Source: Paludibacteraceae bacterium (GTDB taxonomy: Bacteria > Bacteroidota > Bacteroidia > Bacteroidales > Paludibacteraceae). From it: a DNA stretch of 64,000 nt. The notes below the pieces were generated by a model that was not told the origin of the DNA, ran no database searches, and saw only the letters and a list, made by a program, of their open reading frames with translations. Where the stretch lies: the NCBI GenBank assembly GCA_047973025.1, contig JBKEBE010000006.1:5386-69385 (forward strand). The letters run 5' to 3'. Every line of letters begins with the position of its first letter. Position 1 is the stretch's first letter. Positions 8,446-15,840 of this stretch are shown here, one piece after another. Made by a program: the position numbers and the translations under genes.

Positions 8446-9510
8446 TTAAAATACCATTTGGTGTTCCTTTCTGAAATCAGCCAAAGATTGATTGTTCAAA
8501 GAAGCTGCTTTAGACATTGAAATTTGGTCTTCAACTAATGCACGGAATAAAAGTTGCTCAAAGCGGTTAGATTCTTCTGCTCCATTATATTCAACAGGTT
8601 CGTCTACTTTCCAATTCATCTGCTTTATTAAGAAAAAGAATTGTTTAGTATAGTGGTCGTTGATAATGCCACAGTCTTTGGCTCTCATAACTACGGCTTG
8701 CATAGAAATACCGTATTGTTTTTTGATATTGCCCAACTCATTTATTGAAAGTTTATTTCTGTGTTCGCCTAACTCTGCTTTAAGAGTTTTTTCAGGTAAC
8801 AACATTGCGCCTGCAAATTGATGACACAAAGTTTCTTTTTGTCTTTCGGTAATATCGCCAAACTTCAAAAGTAAGTGAGCCAATTCATGCAACAAAGTAA
8901 AACGTATTCTATCAGGCTTATTTATCTTGTTAGCGTTATATGCCACAACAGGAATAGTGTCGTTTACACGAGTTTGCAAGCCGTCAAAATCATCATTAAC
9001 TCTTAAATCAACAACTTTAATATTTTTATCCTCCAAGAGTTCAACAATATTGAAAATAGGACCATAACCCAACCCCCATTTTTCTCTTAAAAGTTCTGCT
9101 GCTTTATTTACCTGTTTATACTCAGTTACAATTTCAAAGTCTTTTAAGTGATCTTCAAACTCATTTGGTAAGCCCAAAATTTCTTCTAACTCTAAATACC
9201 GTGATAGTTTTTCCTTAGTGATTTCTTTAATTATTGAAGCCTCTTTTTGTGGCATTTTGCTCAATTTTCGAAACCCTACTTCACCCAACTCCACTTTAGT
9301 ACTTCTGAAAAAATAATCAGGATTTACATTTAAAGCCTTACTTAATAAGTTGATTTTTTCGGTATCAGGAATGACTTCACCTTTCTCGTAACGATGCAAT
9401 GCTTGACGAGATAATTGATTATCCAAGGCATCAGCCAAATCCTGCAATGAAAAACCTTTCATCAAACGGGCTGACTTAAAGCGTTCTGAAAAAATCTCTT
9501 TCATTTCCAT
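8446..9510 (-). CDS. Fusion protein: N-terminal XRE-family HTH plus C-terminal ImmA/IrrE-type zinc metallopeptidase
   Basis: 354 aa. The HTH region is FKSARLMKGFSLQDLADAL...LHRYEKGE. The HEXXH motif is LLHELAHLL. Confidence 0.85.
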   Translation of the reverse strand: MEMKEIFSERFKSARLMKGFSLQDLADALDNQLSRQALHRYEKGEVIPDTEKINLLSKALNVNPDYFFRSTKVELGEVGFRKLSKMPQKEASIIKEITKEKLSRYLELEEILGLPNEFEDHLKDFEIVTEYKQVNKAAELLREKWGLGYGPIFNIVELLEDKNIKVVDLRVNDDFDGLQTRVNDTIPVVAYNANKINKPDRIRFTLLHELAHLLLKFGDITERQKETLCHQFAGAMLLPEKTLKAELGEHRNKLSINELGNIKKQYGISMQAVVMRAKDCGIINDHYTKQFFFLIKQMNWKVDEPVEYNGAEESNRFEQLLFRALVEDQISMSKAASLNNQSLADFRKEHQMVF

Positions 9511-9530
9511 TGTTATTTTGAATTATAATG

Positions 9531-9538
9531 CAAAGATA
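9531..9538 (-). promoter_or_regulatory. Candidate Bacteroidota -7 box for the HTH-ImmA operon
   Basis: Plus-strand caaagata equals TAtcTTTG on the minus strand, about 20 nt upstream of the ATG. The spacing to any -33 TTTG is not ideal. Confidence 0.4.
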
Positions 9539-9735
9539 ATACTTTTTAGTTTACAAACACACAAAAACAATACCACTTTTCACACTATTTTGCTAACTAT
9601 GACAGAATTTTATGTTGACAAGACTGTATTTTACTGACAATTTTACCGAATTCAATCAAAAACTGAAAGTTTACAATACATAGTTGACATATTTACATAA
9701 AAATTTGATTTTGTAACTGAATGGAATAGTATTTG

Positions 9736-9743
9736 TACATTTG
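9736..9743 (+). promoter_or_regulatory. Candidate -7 box (TACATTTG) for the DUF2188-CBASS operon
   Basis: It matches TAnnTTTG, and a TTTG lies ~22 nt upstream. It is ~50 nt upstream of the first ATG (9792). Confidence 0.4.
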
Positions 9744-9749
9744 CAGACG

Positions 9750-9766
9750 GGTGCAAATAGGTGCAA
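9750..9766 (+). promoter_or_regulatory. Direct repeat GGTGCAA-ATA-GGTGCAA, a candidate operator
   Basis: Two exact 7-mers with a 10-bp period lie immediately downstream of the candidate -7 box. Confidence 0.35.
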
Positions 9767-9791
9767 CCATAACTTTTAATATTGTATAACG

Positions 9792-10013
9792 ATGAAGAAA
9801 AATCAACATGTAGTGCCGCACGAGAAAGGTTGGGCGGTAAAAGGCGCAGGCAACGAAAGGAACACAAAAATTGTACCTACACAAAAGGAAGCTATTGACA
9901 TAGCAAGGGAGATTGCCAAAAATCAGCAATCAGAATTAGTAATTCATAACAAAGAAGGAAAAATTAGGGAAAAAGACAGCTTTGGAAATGACCCACGAGA
10001 TATTAAGGGATAG
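9792..10013 (+). CDS. DUF2188-family small protein, first cistron of the CBASS-like operon
   Basis: 73 aa. The pattern HVVPHEKGWAVKGAG...KEAIDIAREIAKNQ..ELVIHNKEGKIREKDSFGNDP matches the DUF2188 consensus as I recall it. Its stop lies 3 nt before the patatin ATG. Confidence 0.7.
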   Translation: MKKNQHVVPHEKGWAVKGAGNERNTKIVPTQKEAIDIAREIAKNQQSELVIHNKEGKIREKDSFGNDPRDIKG

Positions 10014-10016
10014 CAG

Positions 10017-11003
10017 ATGAAGTTTAAAATTTTATCAATAGACGGTGGCGGAATAAAGGGGCTTTACTCCTCTACCATTCTTGAACATTTGGAAAGTAAA
10101 TTTGGTGGTAGTTGTTCCGACTACTTTGATATGATTTGTGGAACTTCAACAGGTGGTTTGATAGCTTTGGCTCTATCACAAAAAATCCCTGCTTCTGAAA
10201 TTTCAAAAATCTACACCAAACACGGAAAGGATATTTTTCCGAAACAAAATAAGTTAGTCGGTTTGCTCCGTCAAACTTTATGGAAAGGAAAATTTAAAGA
10301 CGAAGCATTGAAAAACGTGCTTACTGAAATTTTTGGCGAAAAGACTATTGGGGAAAGTAACAACCTGCTTTGTATCCCTTCCTATTCATTTACTGATGCT
10401 CGTCCGTGGATTTTTAAGTATGACCATAAGGAAGGCAATTTAGACAGGGATAATAAAGCAAGATATGTTGATGTGGCTTTGACGACATCGGCAGCACCTA
10501 CCTATTTGCCTTTGGCAGAAATTGATTTGTATGATTACAAGCAATTTATTGACGGTGGTGTGTGGGCAAACAATCCGTCTTTACTCGGGTTGGTTGAAGC
10601 CCTAACTTATTTTGTTGGCGAAGGAAAACCTTATGACAGTATTCAAATACTTTCTGTAAGTAGTTTGAACAACACTGCAGGAAAGCCAACAGGACTTAAA
10701 CGAAACAGGTCGTTTATACAATGGCGAAATGATTTGTTTGAAACATCTTTGATTGGGCAAAGCCATTTTTCGCATTACGTTCTCTCTCAATTTCACAACC
10801 TAAATTCTATGCCTGTGGAATATATTCGGATTCCTTCCGAAGCAATTTCTGCCGAACAACAACATTTGGTTCAACTTGATGTTGCAACCGACAAGGCTCT
10901 GCACCTAATAAGGGGTAAAGGAAACGACAGGGGAACTTTGGCAAGCAAAGACCCTGAAATTGCAAAATTTTTTCAATCACAAAAAACATATAAAATAAGA
11001 TAA
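10017..11003 (+). CDS. capV: Patatin-like phospholipase, CBASS effector (CapV-like)
   Basis: 328 aa. It has the oxyanion motif DGGGIKG, the nucleophile motif GTSTG and the catalytic Asp motif DGG (FIDGGVWANNP). Confidence 0.85.
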   Translation: MKFKILSIDGGGIKGLYSSTILEHLESKFGGSCSDYFDMICGTSTGGLIALALSQKIPASEISKIYTKHGKDIFPKQNKLVGLLRQTLWKGKFKDEALKNVLTEIFGEKTIGESNNLLCIPSYSFTDARPWIFKYDHKEGNLDRDNKARYVDVALTTSAAPTYLPLAEIDLYDYKQFIDGGVWANNPSLLGLVEALTYFVGEGKPYDSIQILSVSSLNNTAGKPTGLKRNRSFIQWRNDLFETSLIGQSHFSHYVLSQFHNLNSMPVEYIRIPSEAISAEQQHLVQLDVATDKALHLIRGKGNDRGTLASKDPEIAKFFQSQKTYKIR

Positions 11004-11005
11004 TT

Positions 11006-12004
11006 ATGGCAAATTGTAATACACACTTTGAAGAATACAATGGTAAAATCAGATTGACTGACACCCGTAGAAAAAGCCTTATAGGCTCTCGTAATGAATT
11101 GCGAAATAAGGTTAGGAAGTGGTTTAAGGAAAATAAACCTAATGAAACAAAACCAAAGTTTAGCGGACAAGGTTCAATGTCTATAGACACAATCATAAAC
11201 CCAATTCCACGAAGAATAAAAGATGGGAACGAAGAAATAACGGCTCTTTATTATGATGTAGATGATGGTATTTACTTTCAAGGCGATAAGGAGCCAAATG
11301 ATAGACCAACTCCGACTACATACCATAGTTGGATTTATAATGCTGTAAAAGGACATACGGACAAAGACCCTATTGATAAAAATACTTGTATCAGAACTTT
11401 GTTTGCTGACGGTCATAATATAGACCAACCTATTTACTACAAAAAAGGCGATACACCTCAACTTGCTCACAAGGAGAAAGGTTGGATTGATAGCGACCCA
11501 AAAGCATTTATAGATTGGTTTGAAGAAAAGGTAAAAAAAGAGCCTCAACTAAGAAGGTTGGTGCGTTATGGAAAAAGTTGGTGCGACAATCGTGAATTTG
11601 TAAACACAAGTAAGTCAATGCCATGCGGTTTAATCATTACAATACTTTTTGCGGAAAATGCAGTTTATCGTAAAGACCGTGATGATGTAGCTTTGAAAGA
11701 AACACTACTTGAAATTCAGCGAAAACTCAAAATCTCGTTTGAGTGTAAACGTCCAACAACTCCAAAAGGTGAAAATTTGTTGGCAAATTATGGTCATAAG
11801 GATTATTTTATGGATTGTCTTGCCAAGTTCATTGACGATGCCACGAAAGCATTGCAAGAAAAGAATTTCAAAAAGGCAACTGAACTTTGGCGTAAGCATT
11901 TAAGTGACAGGTTTCCGTTGGGTGAAGATAAGGACGATTCCGCAAACGCTTCGGCAGGACTTGGAACTATTATCACGCCTACAACAAAACCTTATGCAGA
12001 ATAA
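11006..12004 (+). CDS. cGAS/DncV-like nucleotidyltransferase (CD-NTase)
   Basis: 332 aa. It has GQGS (the G[S/G] motif), YDVDDGIYF (the hDxD motif), a later Asp in HNIDQPIYY, and the typical DPKAFIDWF and RLVRYGKSW segments. The C-terminus is ..TKPYAE. Confidence 0.8.
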   Translation: MANCNTHFEEYNGKIRLTDTRRKSLIGSRNELRNKVRKWFKENKPNETKPKFSGQGSMSIDTIINPIPRRIKDGNEEITALYYDVDDGIYFQGDKEPNDRPTPTTYHSWIYNAVKGHTDKDPIDKNTCIRTLFADGHNIDQPIYYKKGDTPQLAHKEKGWIDSDPKAFIDWFEEKVKKEPQLRRLVRYGKSWCDNREFVNTSKSMPCGLIITILFAENAVYRKDRDDVALKETLLEIQRKLKISFECKRPTTPKGENLLANYGHKDYFMDCLAKFIDDATKALQEKNFKKATELWRKHLSDRFPLGEDKDDSANASAGLGTIITPTTKPYAE

Positions 12005-12678
12005 TGAAAAATGTGCAATTTGAAAAAGACATATTACTTGTTCCCGATTTCTTTGACAAGTTGAGTATTGTTGAAGAGAACAATGAACGATTTTTAAAAG
12101 GTTCGTTGGACATTATTGACGGAACAGGAAAATTATGGGATACTTATGAAGTGGAAATTAAGGGTAGTGAAAGCTATCCTTATTCTTTCCCAAAACTGTA
12201 CGAAACAAACAATGCCTTTCTGAAAAACGCGGATTGGCATGTTTACGAAGATGATTTTTCTTGTTGTGTAGATGTGCCAATGAGCGAAAAAATCATTTGT
12301 AAAAATGGTTTGAATGTTTCTGACTACATAAAACAATATGCCATACCCTATTTAGCAAATCAAACATACAGAAAACGAGAAGGGTATTATTTATATGGTG
12401 AGTATTCACACGGAATTTTAGGCAGACTTGAATTTTATCAAAGCAGGTTGAAGGCGAAAAATTTAGCTGAACTTATTAAGATGTTTGATTTGATAATAAA
12501 TGACTATAATCCTGACAGAAGGGCAATGTGTCCTTTTTGTTATAAAGAAAAATTTAGAAGGTGTCATCGTGATGCGTTTAGGGAATTACAAGCAATAAAA
12601 GAATATTTAGCATATGATAGATTGATTTTGCTAAAGATTTTAAAGACAAACCCCGATTTTCAATTACCAATTATTTAA
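12004..12678 (+). CDS. Prokaryotic E2-like (UBC-fold) protein with a C-terminal Cys/His cluster
   Basis: 224 aa. The pattern YEVEIKGSESYPYSFPKLYE...WHVYEDDFSCCVDV resembles the E2 layout (YP..P, then H, then catalytic Cys). The C-terminal CPFCYKEKFRRCH is SEC-C-like. The ATG overlaps the CD-NTase stop (TAATG). Confidence 0.6.
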   Translation: MKNVQFEKDILLVPDFFDKLSIVEENNERFLKGSLDIIDGTGKLWDTYEVEIKGSESYPYSFPKLYETNNAFLKNADWHVYEDDFSCCVDVPMSEKIICKNGLNVSDYIKQYAIPYLANQTYRKREGYYLYGEYSHGILGRLEFYQSRLKAKNLAELIKMFDLIINDYNPDRRAMCPFCYKEKFRRCHRDAFRELQAIKEYLAYDRLILLKILKTNPDFQLPII

Positions 12679-12926
12679 GCATTGTTTAATGATTTTTTTT
12701 CGTCCAATGTAATTGTGATTATGATAAAATGTTTATACAGTAGTGATGCTTTTTATCGAAAAATAAATTCCACTCCGTCCCGGCAAATTTCTTTTGCTTC
12801 TTTTTTGTCCGCCTTTTTTAGTCAAAAAAAGAAGTCCCCGAAACTTTTCAGCTCCAAGGACTTCAAGAAAACAGTCAGAAATAAATGAAATAAAAAAGTC
12901 CATTTCCTTTCTCCTTATGGGGAAAG

Positions 12927-12948
12927 TACCCGAAGGGGGATAGGGGCT
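12927..12948. repeat. Hairpin element copy E7 (degenerate; hairpin then arm)
   Basis: Sequence is taccc-gaa-ggg + ggataggggct. The pcfJ stop codon (12947-12949, minus strand) lies in the arm. Confidence 0.5.
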
Positions 12949-14230
12949 ACGCACTCATCCGCTTTCTAATCAAATGTGCATTCCGATTTACGAGTGAAAT
13001 AATTTGGTCGTGCCATTCCGTATTTTGGTTGCAAACGCCACGTGCTTGCACCACTTGAAAGGTCGCTAATGAAACTTCAACGGTCTCAATGCGTTTGCCG
13101 TTAATCTGTGCCGAAAGAATAAGCGTGTCCGTTTTTAGAAAATATGCGTTGGCATACACACAGTGTTTCAATATGTTACCTTCTTCGAAAAACTCGTTTA
13201 CATCCTGCAAAACCCGCACGTGCAACTGTCCGTCCGAAAATTCCAATCCCAAAAACTTCGATTTCAGCTCTTGATACTGCGTTTCGTTTTTCAAAATTTG
13301 TTCCCGCTGTTTCTCTTTTTCCTGCCGTTTCTGCCAAGCCTGTTTTTTGCGCATCAGGCGGTCGTGTTCGGCTCTCAAATCCGCCGGGCAGACAAATTTG
13401 GCGTTCGATAAATCCTTGCCGAAAAACTGCAATAAATCCACATAATCGCACCATATCGACACATCCGAAACGGTGTACTTGTTGCGAATGCAAATGCGGA
13501 TACTTGCCCAATAATCATCCAAATTTTGCGAACGTTTGATGGAAAAATATCTCAACAAATCAATCTGTCCCGATTTCAGCAAAGTTTCCATTCGGCTGTC
13601 AGACAAGATATTTCGGAAAAAGTTTCGGGGCGAAAGTCCGTGAAAATCACCACGAAAACCGTTGCGTTTCACTTCGGGAATAAAGCGTTTGTGCGGATAA
13701 ACGGCTGTGGGCGAAACAAGATGCGCCTGCCGTTCTTGGCGGATTTCGAGGTCGGACGACCAATTCCAAACATCGTAATACAGCACGCTCATACATCGTG
13801 AACGTGCCATTATCACGGACTTTCCGCTCGGCGATATCCAATGTTGCACCACTTCACGGCAGTAAAGTTGCGCCGGATTGCCCACTTGGCAGTTTTTCTC
13901 CAAAAAGAAATACCGCAAAACTTGAAAACCACCGCAAACGGTGTATATTCCGTAATATTCGGCTTGCTTGAACGACTGTTTTCGGCTGTCGATTACTTTC
14001 TCTTTCGTGCCACAATGCGGACACGTACATCCGCAAATCGTTTCGTACAAGGCGTGTCCGCTTTTCCACGAATGTCCGCACTCCAAACACGTCAGCGTGC
14101 CGTTTTTCAGCCGTCGGGCTTGCTGTTTAAGGCAGTTTCTGAATGCCCAATCCTGCTGTTTTTGAGTGATTGGGGCAAGTCGCTTACTTTGTTCGGCGAC
14201 TTCCTTTTGTAGTTTCGTTCTCGGTTTCAT
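12947..14230 (-). CDS. pcfJ: PcfJ-like protein (conserved conjugative-element accessory protein)
   Basis: 427 aa with a Cys-rich N-terminal region (CLECGHSW...CGCTCPHCG). It resembles the PcfJ-like proteins seen in Bacteroides CTns. Confidence 0.65.
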   Translation of the reverse strand: MKPRTKLQKEVAEQSKRLAPITQKQQDWAFRNCLKQQARRLKNGTLTCLECGHSWKSGHALYETICGCTCPHCGTKEKVIDSRKQSFKQAEYYGIYTVCGGFQVLRYFFLEKNCQVGNPAQLYCREVVQHWISPSGKSVIMARSRCMSVLYYDVWNWSSDLEIRQERQAHLVSPTAVYPHKRFIPEVKRNGFRGDFHGLSPRNFFRNILSDSRMETLLKSGQIDLLRYFSIKRSQNLDDYWASIRICIRNKYTVSDVSIWCDYVDLLQFFGKDLSNAKFVCPADLRAEHDRLMRKKQAWQKRQEKEKQREQILKNETQYQELKSKFLGLEFSDGQLHVRVLQDVNEFFEEGNILKHCVYANAYFLKTDTLILSAQINGKRIETVEVSLATFQVVQARGVCNQNTEWHDQIISLVNRNAHLIRKRMSA

Positions 14231-14234
14231 TTCT

Positions 14235-14642
14235 TTAAAAAAGGCTTTTTTGTATGGCGGTTTCGGTCGGTGTGGTCGGGCGTTTGCGCACTTTGGTCAT
14301 ACGCTCGTAAATCTCGTTTTCGGCACGTTTCAAGGCGTTCTGCCGTGCCTGTTCTTTTTCTTCGGACGTGAGGGTAATCATGTGATTTACAATCACATTA
14401 CAGTCTATCGGTTTGCCGATTTCTAAGGCCGGCTCATCCCAATAATGAGTTGCAAGGGAGTAAATTTCGTCATCGCAAAATCCACATATTCCGCTCTGTT
14501 TTACGTAGTTGAGTATGAATGTAATGCAGTCGTTCATATTTTTTTCGGGATTGTTGAACGATACCGCAAAAAGTTCGTCCGTGCAGGCTCTTTCCGCAAG
14601 GTAGGTTTCTATGGTGCGTTTGAAATGTTCGGTAGTTTTCAT
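14235..14642 (-). CDS. pcfK: PcfK-like protein
   Basis: 135 aa starting at the internal ATG (MKTTEHFKRTIETYL..). The longer 265-aa ORF in the track runs through hairpin element E8 and is unlikely to be real. Confidence 0.6.
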   Translation of the reverse strand: MKTTEHFKRTIETYLAERACTDELFAVSFNNPEKNMNDCITFILNYVKQSGICGFCDDEIYSLATHYWDEPALEIGKPIDCNVIVNHMITLTSEEKEQARQNALKRAENEIYERMTKVRKRPTTPTETAIQKSLF

Positions 14643-14657
14643 TTTTCTGTCTGTTTT

Positions 14658-14687
14658 AGCCCCTCCAAACCTCCCCAAGGGGAGGCT
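14658..14687. repeat. Hairpin element copy E8 (arm then hairpin on the plus strand)
   Basis: Sequence is agcccctccaaac + ctcccc-aa-ggggag + gct. On the transcribed minus strand the loop reads CUUG. Confidence 0.8.
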
Positions 14688-14703
14688 TTTAGGGAATTGT
14701 TCT

Positions 14704-15177
14704 TTAATAAAGTTGAATAATCTTGATTGCTTGCTGATGATGATTGAGAATGTCCAAAACGGAAAACTCTGCCGTGCAAAATTCTTCGCCGGAATGTTTT
14801 CCGTAAGCGGTGTAGATAGCCGTACCACCTCTGTAAAGGCGCAAACGGTAGGTGTCCAAAGTGCTTTCGGGAAGTGAAAGTTTGTCTTGTTCGTCTTCGT
14901 CCAACTCCACAAACGTCCAATCTTTCTCGTCCAAAAGTGCGTGAATGTCGGGTTGCTCGTTTTCATCGGTGCGATAAAAATCCACTGCTGTGTCGTAATA
15001 ATTGAGTGAGCAAAAATTGTAATCTTCCGCAAAAGGTTGAACGGACTGCAAACGCTGTTTCATTCGTTCTCTCCACTCTGTGGTGCAATGGATTAGGGCA
15101 AATTGGCACTCGTCCCAATCGCTGTTGGTGTAGGCTTTTACCAATACAAAATCTGTTATTGTTGATGTTGCTTTCAT
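14704..15177 (-). CDS. Hypothetical conserved CTn protein, acidic
   Basis: 157-aa ORF in the minus-strand operon. I recognise no motif. Confidence 0.5.
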   Translation of the reverse strand: MKATSTITDFVLVKAYTNSDWDECQFALIHCTTEWRERMKQRLQSVQPFAEDYNFCSLNYYDTAVDFYRTDENEQPDIHALLDEKDWTFVELDEDEQDKLSLPESTLDTYRLRLYRGGTAIYTAYGKHSGEEFCTAEFSVLDILNHHQQAIKIIQLY

Positions 15178-15209
15178 ATTTTTTTATCGTTTTTATAGTG
15201 AAGTTTTTA

Positions 15210-15437
15210 TTAAAAAAATGATGCCAAAAGCAATCCGATTACGGCAAGAATAACTGCCCATTTCAGCACCTTAAAAACGATGTTAAGCGTTGTGCGGATG
15301 ATGAATTTCAGTACGGTAAAAGCCACAAAAATCATCACAAGCGTTATCGTTTCCGGCGTGGCGATAACCGAAACGGCGTAAACCGTTCCGATTATCAAAA
15401 TTAAGCCGATTATCAGCCGTAAAGGGATTGTTTTCAT
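15210..15437 (-). CDS. Small membrane protein (about 3 TM segments)
   Basis: 75 aa from an internal ATG (MKTIPLRLIIGLILIIG..), almost entirely hydrophobic. It starts 5 nt after the upstream stop. Confidence 0.5.
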   Translation of the reverse strand: MKTIPLRLIIGLILIIGTVYAVSVIATPETITLVMIFVAFTVLKFIIRTTLNIVFKVLKWAVILAVIGLLLASFF

Positions 15438-15441
15438 CGGG

Positions 15442-15744
15442 TTATCGGTTTGAAAGTGAGATAAAATTTCGCTCCAAAACTCGTTCAAAAGCGGTGTCGC
15501 TGTCGTATTCGTCCTGCGTGATGTCGATACTTCGGATAGGTCTGTCGTTGAATTTCCACTCGATAAAATTGTGTAAGGAGAAAATTTTAACATACCCGTT
15601 TCCTTTCAGATAGGCGACCACAAAAGCGTGTCTGTGTCCGATTTGGCATATCAGATGTTCGGTCTGTTCGCTCGGCTTATTGCCTTTCACAACTGCCATT
15701 AGTTGTATTTTTACTTTCACTGTATTTCTTGTTTTAGTGTCCAT
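15442..15744 (-). CDS. Hypothetical protein
   Basis: 100-aa ORF in the same operon, with no recognisable motif. Confidence 0.4.
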   Translation of the reverse strand: MDTKTRNTVKVKIQLMAVVKGNKPSEQTEHLICQIGHRHAFVVAYLKGNGYVKIFSLHNFIEWKFNDRPIRSIDITQDEYDSDTAFERVLERNFISLSNR

Positions 15745-15758
15745 TTTGAGTTGATTTT

Positions 15759-15787
15759 AGCCCATCCAACCTCCCCAAGGGGAGGCT
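15759..15787. repeat. Hairpin element copy E9 (arm then hairpin on the plus strand)
   Basis: Sequence is agcccatccaac + ctcccc-aa-ggggag + gct. Confidence 0.8.
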
Positions 15788-15840
15788 TTTGGTAGGGTGA
15801 TTATAATTTGTATAAGTTTGAATTGTCGCACTCCGCAAAG

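Noticed and set aside
9652-9929. Minus-strand ORFs of 71 and 78 aa spanning the divergent control region and the DUF2188 gene.
   Set aside because: They are AT-rich frame artefacts antisense to a recognisable DUF2188 gene and its promoter region.
7903-12678. A full type II CBASS (Cap2 E1-E2 fusion plus Cap3 JAB), or other CBASS accessory genes.
   Set aside because: No E1 (ThiF-like) or JAB/JAMM motifs are present in any of the six proteins. Only an E2-sized protein is present, hence the short-type call.
12682-12954. ORFs of 68 and 73 aa between the CBASS operon and pcfJ.
   Set aside because: They are low-complexity, overlap each other on opposite strands, run into hairpin element E7 and have no sensible start context.
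14643-15032. An N-terminal extension of the PcfK-like ORF to 265 aa.
   Set aside because: The extension reads through hairpin element E8 and overlaps the upstream 157-aa gene in another frame. The internal ATG at 14642 gives a PcfK-sized protein.
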